A stretch of DNA of 64,000 nucleotides, from the NCBI GenBank assembly GCA_964016885.1, contig OZ024745.1:79236001-79300000 (forward strand), written 5' to 3'. This DNA comes from Eledone cirrhosa. Taxonomy: Eukaryota. The notes beneath the pieces were generated by a model. That model had not been told where the DNA came from, did not search any database, and saw only the letters and a list, made by a program, of their open reading frames with translations. Positions 10,587 through 23,300 of this stretch are shown piece after piece (the stretch's first letter is position 1; every line of letters starts with the position of its first letter). Both the position numbers and the translations under genes were made by a program.

Positions 10587-11685
10587 CTGGGTTCCATAGC
10601 ATAGTGTAAATACAGAAAGAAATTTACACATGCGAAAAAAAAAGCACCCAGGCTTTCATTTGCAAGTGTCGTGTTATTTTCACCACTTGTAACTGAACAA
10701 AGATGGCACACTAGTCGACTGTTTGCGACATTATCCTCACCACAGTTGATTGTAAGATTCAGTGAATCTCTCTAGCCTTTTTTCTGCAAGATGACATACT
10801 CAATATTAGAAAGAGTGGAGATTGTGGAAGTGTATGTGAGAACAGGTTTTGTTAAGCAAAAACACGTGAAACTTTTGAAGTCAAGTTTCCGGGTAAAGGC
10901 TTACCAGCAAAGAGGATGATACAAAAGTTGGTTAAAAAGTGGCACACTACAGGGTCAGTGCATAATGCCCCCAAATAAAGAGACCCTACAGTTTGGAATA
11001 CTGGAAGTTATTCAGGACATTCGCCAAAGGATTACTCCAAGTCCAAAGAAGTGAACACGTAAATTGGCACAACAGGTGTTGAAAAATTGAATCCTTTCAC
11101 ATGTGTACAGCAATTAAAAGTGGATTATATGAGCAAACAAGTAAATTACTGCACATGGCTTCTGAATAACATTGCTAATGTTGAGCTAGAGGCCCATTCC
11201 AAATATGAGCGATGAGGCATGGTTAAATCTCTCTGGCCATGTAAATCCACAAAACACATGGTGCTGGGCAGTGTAGAATCTTCACCACAATATAAAAAAT
11301 AAAATTGGTGTTTGGTGTGCTTTGTCAGGGACACATATCATTAGATTGATATTTTGTGACAGCATTGTCAAAATGGAAGAGTACATGAACATTCTGAACT
11401 AATTTTGTGTTCAGCTCACTAAAAATAAAAGACAGGTGTACTTCTTTCAGCAGGACAGGGCGACTTGTCACACTTTTCTGGTTTCCATGGGATCTTCTCC
11501 GAGGAACACACAGTTAAAAAGTTTGTGGCCATCATGTTCTGATCTTTCAACGTGTCACTATTTTATACCAGGTGTACTTAAACATGGTTAGACGTGCACA
11601 GGGAACCACTTTCAAAATCTATGATGGTGTCATTTCCTGCACTTGTAAATTTATTTCTGTATTTACACTATGCTACAGAACCTAG
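10587..11685 (+). mobile_element. Degraded Tc1/mariner-superfamily DNA transposon with about 45-bp TIRs
   Basis: TIR ctgggttccatagcatagtgtaaatacagaaagaaatttaca (10587-10630), inverted at about 11640-11685; relic transposase MTYSILERVEIVEVY, RKLAQQV, FQQD.ATCHT, WP..S.DLS. Confidence 0.82.
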
Positions 11686-14600
11686 GCTTTTTCATGTGCC
11701 ACAAAACTCATGAAAGAAGCAAAGGATAAGAGAAAAAAATTCTTATCAAGCTAGCATGAAACTTGAATTTCCAATAGACTTATTTTTGAATATGCAGATC
11801 ACCCAACATTTCAATCTGCAAACTAAAAAGCCATTAATTTCTCATGATTCTGTGGTAAAACATACACATAGAAGTTCTAATTCTTTGATGATCAATTAGA
11901 AATAGTTGACCAAATAATTTGTTGAAAACATTTTGACATAATTGTAAGGCAATAAGATTTGTTTTATCTATCACACAATTTAAAAATTTTTTTTTTTCTT
12001 TCACAAGGTTAGGAAGTAAAAACTTGGCTAACTCTTGGTTAAAAAAAATTGTTTTCCTTGAATCACAAATATTCTGTAACAATTCAACTGTTCTCCAAAT
12101 AAGTTAACCAACAATGGACCATTCTTAATGAATGCTCTAAACATATCCTTTAATTTCAACTAGATTTGAAAATTACTTGGGGAAAAATTAGCAAATGATT
12201 TTACAAGGTTTGCCAGTTTCAAATCTGTAATTCAAACTAAAAGAATTAGCCCTGGCACAATAATGTTCCGTGCCTAAAGTCGTTCCGAAGTACACTACCA
12301 CCCACGGCTGAATAACCTTCCAAAGCCAACCACAAAACATGAGTGGTTAGAATTGTACCCACTTTTTACAGTTAGGTTGATAGTTGAAAGTTTAACAACA
12401 AATTTTCTCAAAAGAGGGCTTGAAATCTCAAGATTAAGGTCCAGCTAAATCAACCACTATGCTGCATTTTCATGACATGACATGAATTAAGCAGTTTTGT
12501 AATGCACGTGGAGTATTTTAGATAAGTTAACAATTATGGTAAATTTGTGTGCATATGTTTACTTTTAAGCACACCTCCATCTCATGAAATTAGCTTAATA
12601 GCTTCTGAAAAGCTACAATTTTCTTTACAAACCGACAAAAAAAAAAGTCAGCTCAGAGCCTTGTTGTGGCATTCATTTATAGCTCTCAGAAGGCCATGAG
12701 GGTTAAATGAATGAAAGTCCTTGTTGGTGACCCTCAGAAAGCCACGAGGTTGCACCAATGAAAAAAAAGTCACAGGAGAAAAATTGAGATTGGACCAATG
12801 AAAAGCCTGAAGTTGCAACATTGACACCAAGTTAAGGTATTGATGAAAATCTAGAATCCTTTCCCAGAATTATTCTTTAACATCAATATTGGGAATCATG
12901 AAAAGATAGGTTATGTTTTTAATGTTACTGCAGTTATTATTAGTGGAAATACAATTTGCATCAAGTAGAATACAAGAAGTAGACATATAAATTAGTGAGT
13001 GGGAGAAATCACCAAGTTTCTTTAGAGACAATTGCAAAATACATTTATAAAAATATTTAAACAAAAAGGCAAGTAAAAAGAGTCATATAAACAAAATTCA
13101 GAATTTAGTAGGCATATTCTTGACACATGGAAAAGGAGAGTCAATTGTTTCAGATATTTTTAAATACATACCCTGTGCTATGGACTGTTTGCTCTAGGAT
13201 ACTATTATTGTTACTCAAAGAAGCAAATATCCATCATTATATTGTTTCAATCTATGTGTGAAGTATATTCTTACATAAACTTCAGTAAAAATTGTAATTA
13301 AGTATTTGCATCTTCCATCCTAACATGTTGCCTTGGATACAGATGAGGACAGAAAGGGAATATAATACAACTTGAGTAACCAGCCTCACCTGGAAGTATT
13401 AAGTTTATCCAATGGGACAACTGCGTAATATAATTTTCTTTGTGTTCAAAGCTTACACACTATATTGAATTTCCTGTGCAAGGGTTTAATGAATGAGTAA
13501 CTGTGATATCTGTACCTTCTACAAAAGACAGCAGTGCAAGCAATCAATTATGTTGTAGATATTAACTTGCTAGCATATTTCCAATTGCTCTGGGACACAA
13601 CTCACATTAAAACAACTTTTTAAATCTCCTGATTAATATAAGAATGAGATATTTGTGGTATCCATGCCTTTTTCACTATATAAGCTATATTGATTACTTA
13701 AGCACAAAAAAATGAGGTTATGACATCAATTCATTATCAAATCTAATGAAGCAAATCTATTAATCTAAATGGAGTTGCAGATTTTGCTCACCACATGAAT
13801 AATAGCATATTATCGTTTTATTTAAGAATAAAACTATATTTTCAAGTGAAAAAAACAGTTGTGATGTATGTAACAACTGAAATTTGAAAATAGATTTGTG
13901 GACTTTGGTTGCCAGAAGCTAACTTTCAATTCTATGTTGATCATCAACAAAATAGCAAAAGGTTTCCTTTCTCTGAGCCAGCTACAAGTTTTTAATTGTT
14001 TTTCTTGCAAAAACCAGATGGCATTATATACATACCTTTGAAAAATGGATTAAATCATTAGAATAAATGAAGATGCATATCTACTATAAAAAAAATAAGG
14101 ATCAAGAAATGCATCAGCATTCAGACAAGGCTAAATAGAGTCTTGTTTAAAACTTCAACAGAAAATTGATACTACCACTGTCAAAACCAACAATTTGCCA
14201 CACTGCTCTCTTATTCTGTGCCAAACAGAAAAAAAAATTCCAGTTGTATTAAAAACCTGTTTGCTGCAGACTCACAACATTGATGATACAAAGTAATGTG
14301 AGAATGCTGAACTGATGGCTGATCCTAAATACAAGATTACAGAACATTCATCTTCAAAAATTCATCCCTAACAATACACCTCCAACCTAGTTATGTAATA
14401 TTTAATACTAGCTATAAATTGCAAAAATGAATTAAAAAGAGAAATGTTGTACAGCATTACTCTCTGATATGATGTGTGGCTATACATAAGGTCAGTCATT
14501 ATCGATATTAAAGAGCGTAAACCCAAGAAGATATACTATAGATGTATGTCTATGTATGCCATTCAGACCTATAAACCCAAATTACTCAGTTCTCTTAACC

Positions 14601-15059
14601 CTTTCTTTCAACTAACAGTATGAGTACTGCTAGCATTGTTAACATAATTATCTGTAGATCCAAAATATCTTAATTATTCAGAAACGGAAATAAAACAACG
14701 GAAGTTAGTTCATAATTGTTTCTACTTTTGGCACAAGGCCAGCAATTATCCCAGTGTAAAACAACGGAAGTTAGTTCATAATGGTGACTAACAAGGCACA
14801 TTGGAAATGTGAAAATTATCAAAAAAACAAGTTGCCTAGCTTGCCTGACTGACTATATGCAATGATAAAAATCATACCATGGAAAGTTCTTAATCATCTT
14901 GCTAGAAATGTAGAAGCCAATAATGTTATTGATAAAATAAGTCATGCTGTTAAAGTGTACAAATGACTTCCTTTATTCAATAGTGCACATCACACTCAAA
15001 ACTTCCAATGACTTAAAGTATGAAGAAGATTTTAAGACATATCAAGCAGCAAAAATTAC

Positions 15060-16200
15060 TGATTCCATTACATTGAAGAGATATTGTTTTTGCAGCAGGG
15101 CATAAAACAACCCTTCAACGCCGATAAGAACCAATTCTTAATTTTTGCCACAAAATTAATATCTTAAATTAATAGCTCAATCTGATCATTGGTAGGCAGA
15201 GAGGAACTTTTAAAACTCTTCCCATTGTTTTATTAACTTTACATAGCTTAAAAAGTAAATACCTCTTTGCCTTTAGTGTTTGCACTCTCAGAAGTAATGT
15301 ACACCATATTTCTACAACAGTTCAAAAACTTAGAAACCCTAGCTTGACTATTATCAATATAGACTTTCAAAAAGCCATCAGCACACGTATAGCGAATTTC
15401 CCAACTACATGATTAAGGGACTGCTCTTTCAAGTGTAGGTTTTGAAACATTCAAGCCAAATGTTTTGAAACATTTAATCAATGGATTAAAGCAACGCTAT
15501 GAAGTAGATGAAGTTTTCACTTTTCCTTTTGTTTTGGCATTTGTACTTCTACAGATTTAGATGTTCTTGAAGAAACATGTGATATCATCCCTCAAGAAGA
15601 ATAATGTGTTCTTGATTACTTTGAAGATACCTGGATCAGTCATCCATCAAGATACAGACAACTTCATAAATTTACTCACAAAATATGAAATCTTTATAAA
15701 CCAGGTTTACAGAATCTTCCTAAAACACAGTTGAAGGGTGGTGCAGAGGATTTGAATAGCAATATGCAGCACACCATTCTGATATCTGGAAATTTATTGA
15801 ATGCATGAAGATAGAGCAAAATTGTAATGAAATTCAAATGGAAAGCAGTTTGCTCCTAAATATCCTTCCAAAAGTTATAAATTATTGAACATTTTTGATG
15901 TTGACCATTTTGCATCTATTTTTTCATGCTAGCATGGGATGGATCTATGGATATTGTTGATTATCACAGAGGAATTGTCTGTAACCTATTGACTATTGTA
16001 CAACCAACTAATTATCTTATTTAATATTGACAGTAGTTTAGTTGGTTAATTTGTTTTAAACTTCAGTATAGTTTACAAATTTTCCTAACTTGAGTTTTTT
16101 GCTATGAATTGTTAAGGATCAATTATATATATAGTTATGAGGTGTTGGGGACCAATTATATGTGGATATGAGCTGTTGGGGATGAACTAGCCAGATTCCC
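15060..16200 (+). mobile_element. Degraded MULE (Mutator-like) transposase relic; may extend 5' to about 14030
   Basis: INIDFQKAI, DYFEDTWI, LPKT..VEGW, HH.DIWKFIE motifs across broken frames. Confidence 0.72.
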
Positions 16201-16673
16201 TAAACGCAATCTTCAGAAGGGCAATGTATATGCCTCCGATAATACAGTACATTGGGTTGTTGAAACAACACTTTCTTTTAGTGTATTATACCTAGGGCAG
16301 GTTTCACTGACTATCCTTTCTGCACCAAGGCAGGATTTGAATAGCATAAGTTAATGAAATGCTTGTCAATTGTGCTTACAGTAACAATTCTGTATTTCAA
16401 GAATGCCAGACACTAAATAGCAGTAATATTATATGATGGTGCCATCATATAATAGTCAGAAAATGAGAAAGCATATTTAGAAATATCTTTCTATTTGCCT
16501 TTTTTTTATAGGAAAAGAAAAAAAAAATTGTAATAATTTGACAAAGCCACTTAAAATAACATGGCAAAAAGCATTTTCTAAATGTTTGTAGAAATCAATA
16601 AAAAATAACAAAACATAATGAAGGAATAATATAATAGAGGAATATATATATATTATTAACTTAATGCTCTACA

Positions 16674-16674
<1 letters not shown>

Positions 16675-16707
<33 letters not shown>
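16675..16707. repeat. (TA)n microsatellite
   Basis: Direct reading. Confidence 0.95.
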
Positions 16708-16709
<2 letters not shown>

Positions 16710-17309
16710 CATCATTTAACATCCATTTTCCCTGTGTACACTGGCTTTTAGGACAGGCACACCATATCCCTGCATATTGTAAAAGGTAACTAAAAGGGTT
16801 GGAGCCAAGATTGGTATCTGATTGTAAAACATCTCAAAACATCCCAGCATGGAAAAGTTAATGTAAACACGATGATGATAAAGCATTAAGTTTTATTATG
16901 ATTGCATTAAAATTAAACTATAAAGTCACATTAGCTATGGTCTACTATAGCTTCATTAGCTATAATTGTACCAAATTTTAATGACCTGTTTATATTAGCT
17001 ACAGCTGCACTGAACTTCAGTCATGTGATTCATAAATTTAAGATTCAAAGACACTAGGCTACATTTAGAGAAATTATTAGTGTCAATATATTAACTGAAG
17101 CTGTATTAAATTCCAATTTCACTCAGATTCTCATTGAAGGTTGTACATAATTTAATTCACATCATATAAAGTTGAAATTAGGAAGTTTATATTGGCTAAT
17201 ATAGCACAGCAATAAAAACAAACAAAAAAACAGTAGTTTCCTTAATATCATATGAAGATAAAGATGAAAAAAAAAAAGTTAAAAGATTTCAGTTATTGGG
17301 ATGCAGCAA

Positions 17310-17371
17310 TTAATCCATTAATTCTAATTGACACTTTAACATTTCAATTTGTTGGAGGATCTTCTCTTTAG
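17310..17371 (-). CDS. TDRD1: Tudor gene terminal coding exon (SKEKILQQIEMLKCQLELMD*)
   Basis: ttttcAG acceptor, phase-compatible, short coiled-coil-like end with TAA. Confidence 0.72.
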
Positions 17372-20300
17372 CTGAAAATATAAATAATTCAAATAATTTT
17401 ACATGGCTAAATGTACATTTATGCGGACATATTTATGTTAATGCTAGTATGAAAATTTCATATGGGCCTGGTTGATAAAGTCTATTGAGCAAATTGAATT
17501 ACAGTCAATTCATATTCCCACCACCTCAATGAAACATATCATCATCATCCTTTTCCCTGCTTACAAGGGTGGGACAGGTCCTATTCAGCACAGCATCTCT
17601 CCACTTGTCACGGTCCTTCGTCATCTCTTCCGTGAGCTTCAGCGATCTGCTCTCACCACCTCCGCCCATGTTTTTCGTGGTCTTCCTCTACTGGGATTTC
17701 TTGGCACTTCTTTACCCAGCAGTCATCCTCCATGCGCATCACATGTCCATACAATCTAAGTCTTCTCCTGCACACCACAACTTATACCTCTTATACCCAT
17801 TTTCTCAACTCATCTATGCTTGGCCGTTCACGCACATCCAACATGCTTGCTTCATTTCTCTTCAGCCGTCGCATATCCTCTGTAGTTGCTGCTCATGTCT
17901 CACTACCATGCAGTATCACGCATCTCACACAGGCATCATATAACCGGCCTTTCGTACGCAGGGAGAAACCCTTCTTTGTCAACAGAGGAAGCAACTCCCT
18001 AAACTTCTTCCAATCCATCCTTATTCTAGATACTATGGCCTCATTATGTAGATGGCAGTGTTACATGAATGAGCTTATATAGAGAAGGAAGAAATAACAG
18101 TTGGAACAAATAATCGATTTTACACAAACACACACACATATATATATATAAATAGATATATTTCTTTATTTACCATAAAGGCATAAAAAGAAGGGACAAA
18201 TACAAAGGGGGAGTTTACATACAATCGAGTAAAAAGGGTATAAAATGAAAATAATCGAAAATAACCTCAAAAGGGAGGGGACGTGATGGGGGTTGCACAC
18301 ACCCCCGAAAAAGTGTGCAATCCTTTGCCCGGGGAGCACATGGAGAAGGTGCTCCCCTCTCCTTTACTTCTTTATCTACAGGATGGTATACATCGAAGGC
18401 CCATTTACACGAGCCATTCTCGCCACTATCACCCACCTTTCATAAAACTGCCTGTGGCCAAGCACCTCTCTCTCCATTCTTATCCTTCTTCCGAAGTGAT
18501 ATCGGAAGAAGTAGACCAGACTATGGCCAGAGAGGAAGTTGCCTGACCTCAGACCTTTCAATCGTGTCCACCAAACAACCTCTTTCAACATGGCTATTAC
18601 GCACAGAAAAACCGCCTTTGCTTCCTTTGTGAAGAGGGGAGGCGGTTTGATTGTCATCACGGACTCGGCGGTCAATTGAATCGGCACCACCCGCGACAGC
18701 AGTCGTTCGGCGTAGCCCCACAGATCAGCCACGCCCGGACATTGCACCAATGCGTGTGCAACGGTTTCTTTGTGACGCACGCATCTAGGGCAAATCTTTT
18801 TTGAGGGATCCCTGCCCGGGCGCCCGTGTCTGTAGAGCCTATCTCGAACGGGTAGAGTCCCCGGTAGCACTGCCAGGCTAGTAACTTCTGGAAGTTGTCC
18901 ATTGGTCCCGGGCCGAAAGTCCTACCGAACAGGCTGGCCAGTTCGTCATCTTCCATGTCCAGCGACTCTCCAAGGGTGTCATCGCCCCTGCTAGCCACCA
19001 GCCCTCTATAGAATGATGAGGTGGATTCTCCACCGACGGCCTGGCCCGCTTGCCAGAGAGCCCTGAGCGCCTGAGCACACTCAGTGTGCCAGTCTCCCAG
19101 TTTTCCGGATCTTTGCTTGACCCAGGACTGCAGCTCCGTGAGCGAGACGAGTCTCGGAAAGGCTCGTTTCACGAACGGAGCCCACACCGGTTGACCAGTG
19201 AGGAATACCTGTAGGTGCCGTAGCCTTAATGCGTGCCTACGCATCATTAACCACGGCATCCCCAACCCTCCTTTCGAAGGTTGTTGGCAGCAGATGGATC
19301 TTCTCACCATAGGAGGGCGCTTCTTCCAAAGAAATTGGAAGAGCATGCGTTCCATGGTGGTAAGTGTTTCCTTAGGGCAAGGCACGACAGTCAGGCGGTA
19401 GTAAGTGACGGTCGCTATGTAAATGTTCGCCACCTCCGCCCAGCCTTTTAGGGACAGCTTACACTTGGCCCATTTCTGGGTTAGTGCAAACACCTTGTTC
19501 GTAACCTCGTTCCAGTTCTTTTCCACCTGGAGGTTCGGTCCAAACCAGATCCCAAGCAACTTTACCGGGCCCCCCGTCCAGTGTCCAACGACACCGTCGA
19601 GAGGCATCGGTCTGCCTCTCCACGTTCCGAGTTGCAGCCCGATGGATTTTTCCCGGTTCAGTTTCGCTCCTGACAACCTTTCGTAATCCTCCAGTAAGGT
19701 ACCGATCGCCTCGATCTCCGAGTCGGTCGATACCATTACTGTTACGTCATCGGCGTAGGCCGACACCGCTTTGCTCAATCCTAGTTCTAGGGGGATACCC
19801 TGCAACAACTTCAACTTCCTCAGTAAAAGCTCGAGAGTCAATACGTACAGAAGGGAGGAGAGAGGGCACCCCTGTCGAATGGATCGTGTGATTTCGAACG
19901 GCTTCGAAAGGTAGCCGTTGACCTTGATCCTAGAACAGATGTGGTTGCTATGTAAGGCAGTGATCCAGCCTCTGAAAACAGGACCGAACCCAGCCGCCGC
20001 TAGCACCGCATCCAGGTAACCATGGTGGACCCTATCGAAGGCCTTAGACTGATCCAAGTTGATCAGGGCCCCACCGAAGCCGGGTTTGTTGCCAACCCCC
20101 TCTATGATGTATCGCATGAGGTGGAGGTTATTGTGAATGGACCTGGATGGGATAGCACATGTCCGCGCATCTCCCACCAGGCCACCCACGACAAGCGCCA
20201 ACCTCTTTGCTAACACCTTGGCCAAAATCTTTAACTCTGTGTTTAGCAGGGTTATGGGCCGAAAATTATTTATACTATCTCCCTTGTTCTTGTCCTTCCT

Positions 20301-23300
20301 CACCAGCGTGACTGGGCCCTTGGCTACAGAACAAGGAATTCTCCCGTTCTGCTGCCAATTGCAGTAGACCGCTTCGAGGAGTTCGGAGAAGACCGGCATT
20401 GCTAAATAAAGTTCGTAAGGTATACCATCGAGACCTGGAGATTTGCGTCTGCTGCATTGGCTCAGCGCATCTCCGATCTCATCAGCCGAGATTGGTCCCT
20501 CGCAGGACTCTGCCTCTTCGCTCGAGAGACGCGGCAGGCCGTCGAGGTATGGACCGAAATCCACGTCCCCGCCCGGACCCTCGCCTCCCCTGAACAATCG
20601 GGCAAAGTGCCTTTGAAAGGCCTCGCACATCTGCTTAGGCTCCCGGATCACCCGTCCATCCTCGTCTTGCAACGACCGGATGGTGGATCGATTTCCACTC
20701 TTAGCTTCTGTCACGCGGGCCCAGCCAACGGCTTTGGCCCCCTCATTACCTAGAGCACGTATTTTACTTCGAATGACGCAGCCTTCGTGCTTTGCATCGA
20801 AAAACTGGTTCAAGGCCGTCCTCGATGCCAGCACTCTGGCCACATCTTCGCTCTTGATTGCCTCTTCTAATTTACCTGTTAATTCTTTCTCGTTTCTATT
20901 CCTATCGGCAGCTAACATCTTGCTATAACTTATTGACTCTGTTTTAATCTCTCTTTTGAGAGATGCCCACCATCGGTTGTTGACGATTGCACCCGTCAAC
21001 CTCTCCTTAACTAATCTGCTAATCCGGTTTCTGTAAGTCTCTTTTGCCGGTAAAGACAAATTAAGTTTCCAGTAACCGGGACCCTGTTTATGTGTTTTCT
21101 CGAGATTGACTACGCAGGTCACTAATTTGTGATCCGTGTAGCCAACTGTGCGCATTTCTGGACAGCTTAATATGTCCCTATCCTTACTTCTAACTAAGGA
21201 TCTATCTAAGTACGATCTAGATTGACCACTGTGGTTTCTCCAAGTCCAGGTAGGCACAGTTGGAAAATCTAGTCGATATCTATCGACCAAGTTAAAACGG
21301 TCGAGTAACCCCTTGAGGCTGTTACACCCCCCTCTATTAGGACATGCTCCTGCATAGTCCCAACGTGCATCTATGATGTCATTCCAATCCCCCGCTAGAA
21401 GCAGGGAACGCGACGTTCCCAGAAAAGTCTCTAAACGCTGGAAGAAGTCGGGCCGTTCAGCTCCGAAAGGGGAGTAGACGGCGACCAGTCTTAAGGCCGC
21501 ACCTTCACTACTGCCAACGTCTAGCACCAACAAACGCCCCTCCGGGTCCGAGTGCACAACCTGTACGGCAAGACCCAGGTGTTTTTGCAGCAGTACGACA
21601 ACCCCACCCCCACCTCCAGGTTGACAGAGAGATGCATGCACCTCAAAGTCATCGAAGGTAGGAGCCAGCTGCCACACGACGCTGATCCGAGTCTCACAGA
21701 TAACCATTACATTTATACCACATGACCTGAGGTCATTTAGAAGCTTTGCTTGCTTCCAAGTTGAGCCCAGGCCACGTGCATTCAAACATCCTACTCTTAA
21801 CACATCCATGTGGGCGGCAGAGCCAAAGGAGAGTGTAGAGACCTACCTTTCCGCTTCCCGGGGTTCGGGGGTGTTGGGTGAAGGGGTGTCTTGTGGTGGT
21901 GTGGGGTAGGGGTGTTTGGAGTTGTGTTGGGGAGGGGAAGGGGAGGGGGGAAGCTTTTTAGTAGGACGCGGTTTATGGGTTTGACAGAGGGTGGTCCTAC
22001 GTCGTCCTTAAAATCCTTTTTTAGTTTTTGGTAGAGGTTCATTGGGATCTTCATTAATTTTAAATGTGGGTAGTTTTCTGAAGAAACAAAGTTTACACCT
22101 TCGGTTTGTACCGAAGGATTATTGTTTACGAGTTCATTTAATTTATTATTGTTTCTGTTGATGTAAGTATAGTGTAATGTCTTTTTTTCGGATGGTGTGA
22201 GTGTTTCGAAGAGGGGAGGGGCAGGTTTGGTTTTGTTTGTTGCTGGAGGGGTGTTTTCTGTTTTGTTGGATTGTGTTGACATTTGGGTGGGGGTTGTTTG
22301 GCCTTGTGTGTTTTGCACATGTTTTCTTTTTTTCCTTTTAATCTGTCTGAAGGACTCCGTTTCTTCCTCCGAATTCGTTGGGTTATCTTCAGTGTTGGAG
22401 GGAAGAGGTATGTTTGCTGGTAATGTTTCCGTGTTGGTTTTCTTTGTGGGGGAGATGGATGTCACTATGTTAGACTGTGTTGTGTGTTGTGTCTGCGGTG
22501 GTTGTGTTGTTTTATTGAGTGAGGGGTTGGGTGGGCCTGTATTTTGTTTTGGGGTAATGTGTTGCGACTGTGTTGTGGTGGTGGTGTAGTTTTACTGAGG
22601 GACGGGTTGGGTGGGACTGAGTTTTGTTGTTTGTTTATCTGTTGTGGTGGTGGTGGAGCTGGTAGCAGGGTTTTCTTTTTGTTGAGTTGGGGACAAGCGG
22701 CCTTCAGGTGCCCTCTGCCTGCACAGATATGACAGGATGGCCTTCTCCCCTCCACGCTAATGTTTATATACCCATGGCCCTCTAATAGGTTTCTGTCGGG
22801 TATTTGGGCGATGCGTTCAGGCTTCATTTGCACTACCAGCTCTATACCTGTTCCACTGAACGCATTGCCTGTGGTTTTCCCAATGGAAATCACGTTGTCA
22901 TTCACTGGATCGATGAAGCCAGCTATGAGCCAGCAGTAGTCCACATCTGGCATCATTGCATCCAGCCATATGCGTTGAGTTCTTTTACCCATATAAGATG
23001 GATAAAAGGTAAAATTTTTCGAACAAATCGGTGACAAAGCACATTTTTTTGCCGCCGATTCGTTCTTCATAATAATTGCTAGGCTTCCATACAGTCTGTC
23101 TTTTCTTATGAAAGTGGTTTCATTAAGTACTTCTGTGAGTACTGTTTTGATATCTGCTTGAGAAGGCTGTTCAGGTTTTTTTGAAGTGTTGTTGATGGTG
23201 CGGAACACGATCGTTCGACTTTCAATGTCTTTGGTGAGTTCTTGAGGCATTTTTACCGATAAAATACCATTCTCTCCTTCACTTATGTATTGTTTGGCGT

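Noticed and set aside
10565-10600. Hammerhead-like CTGAAGA-GTAC-AAA-GTAC
   Set aside because: No GAAA follows; the sequence runs into the Tc1-like TIR.
19198-20928. Several + strand ORFs within the Tx1 element
   Set aside because: Antisense shadows of the GC-rich ORF2; no independent motifs.
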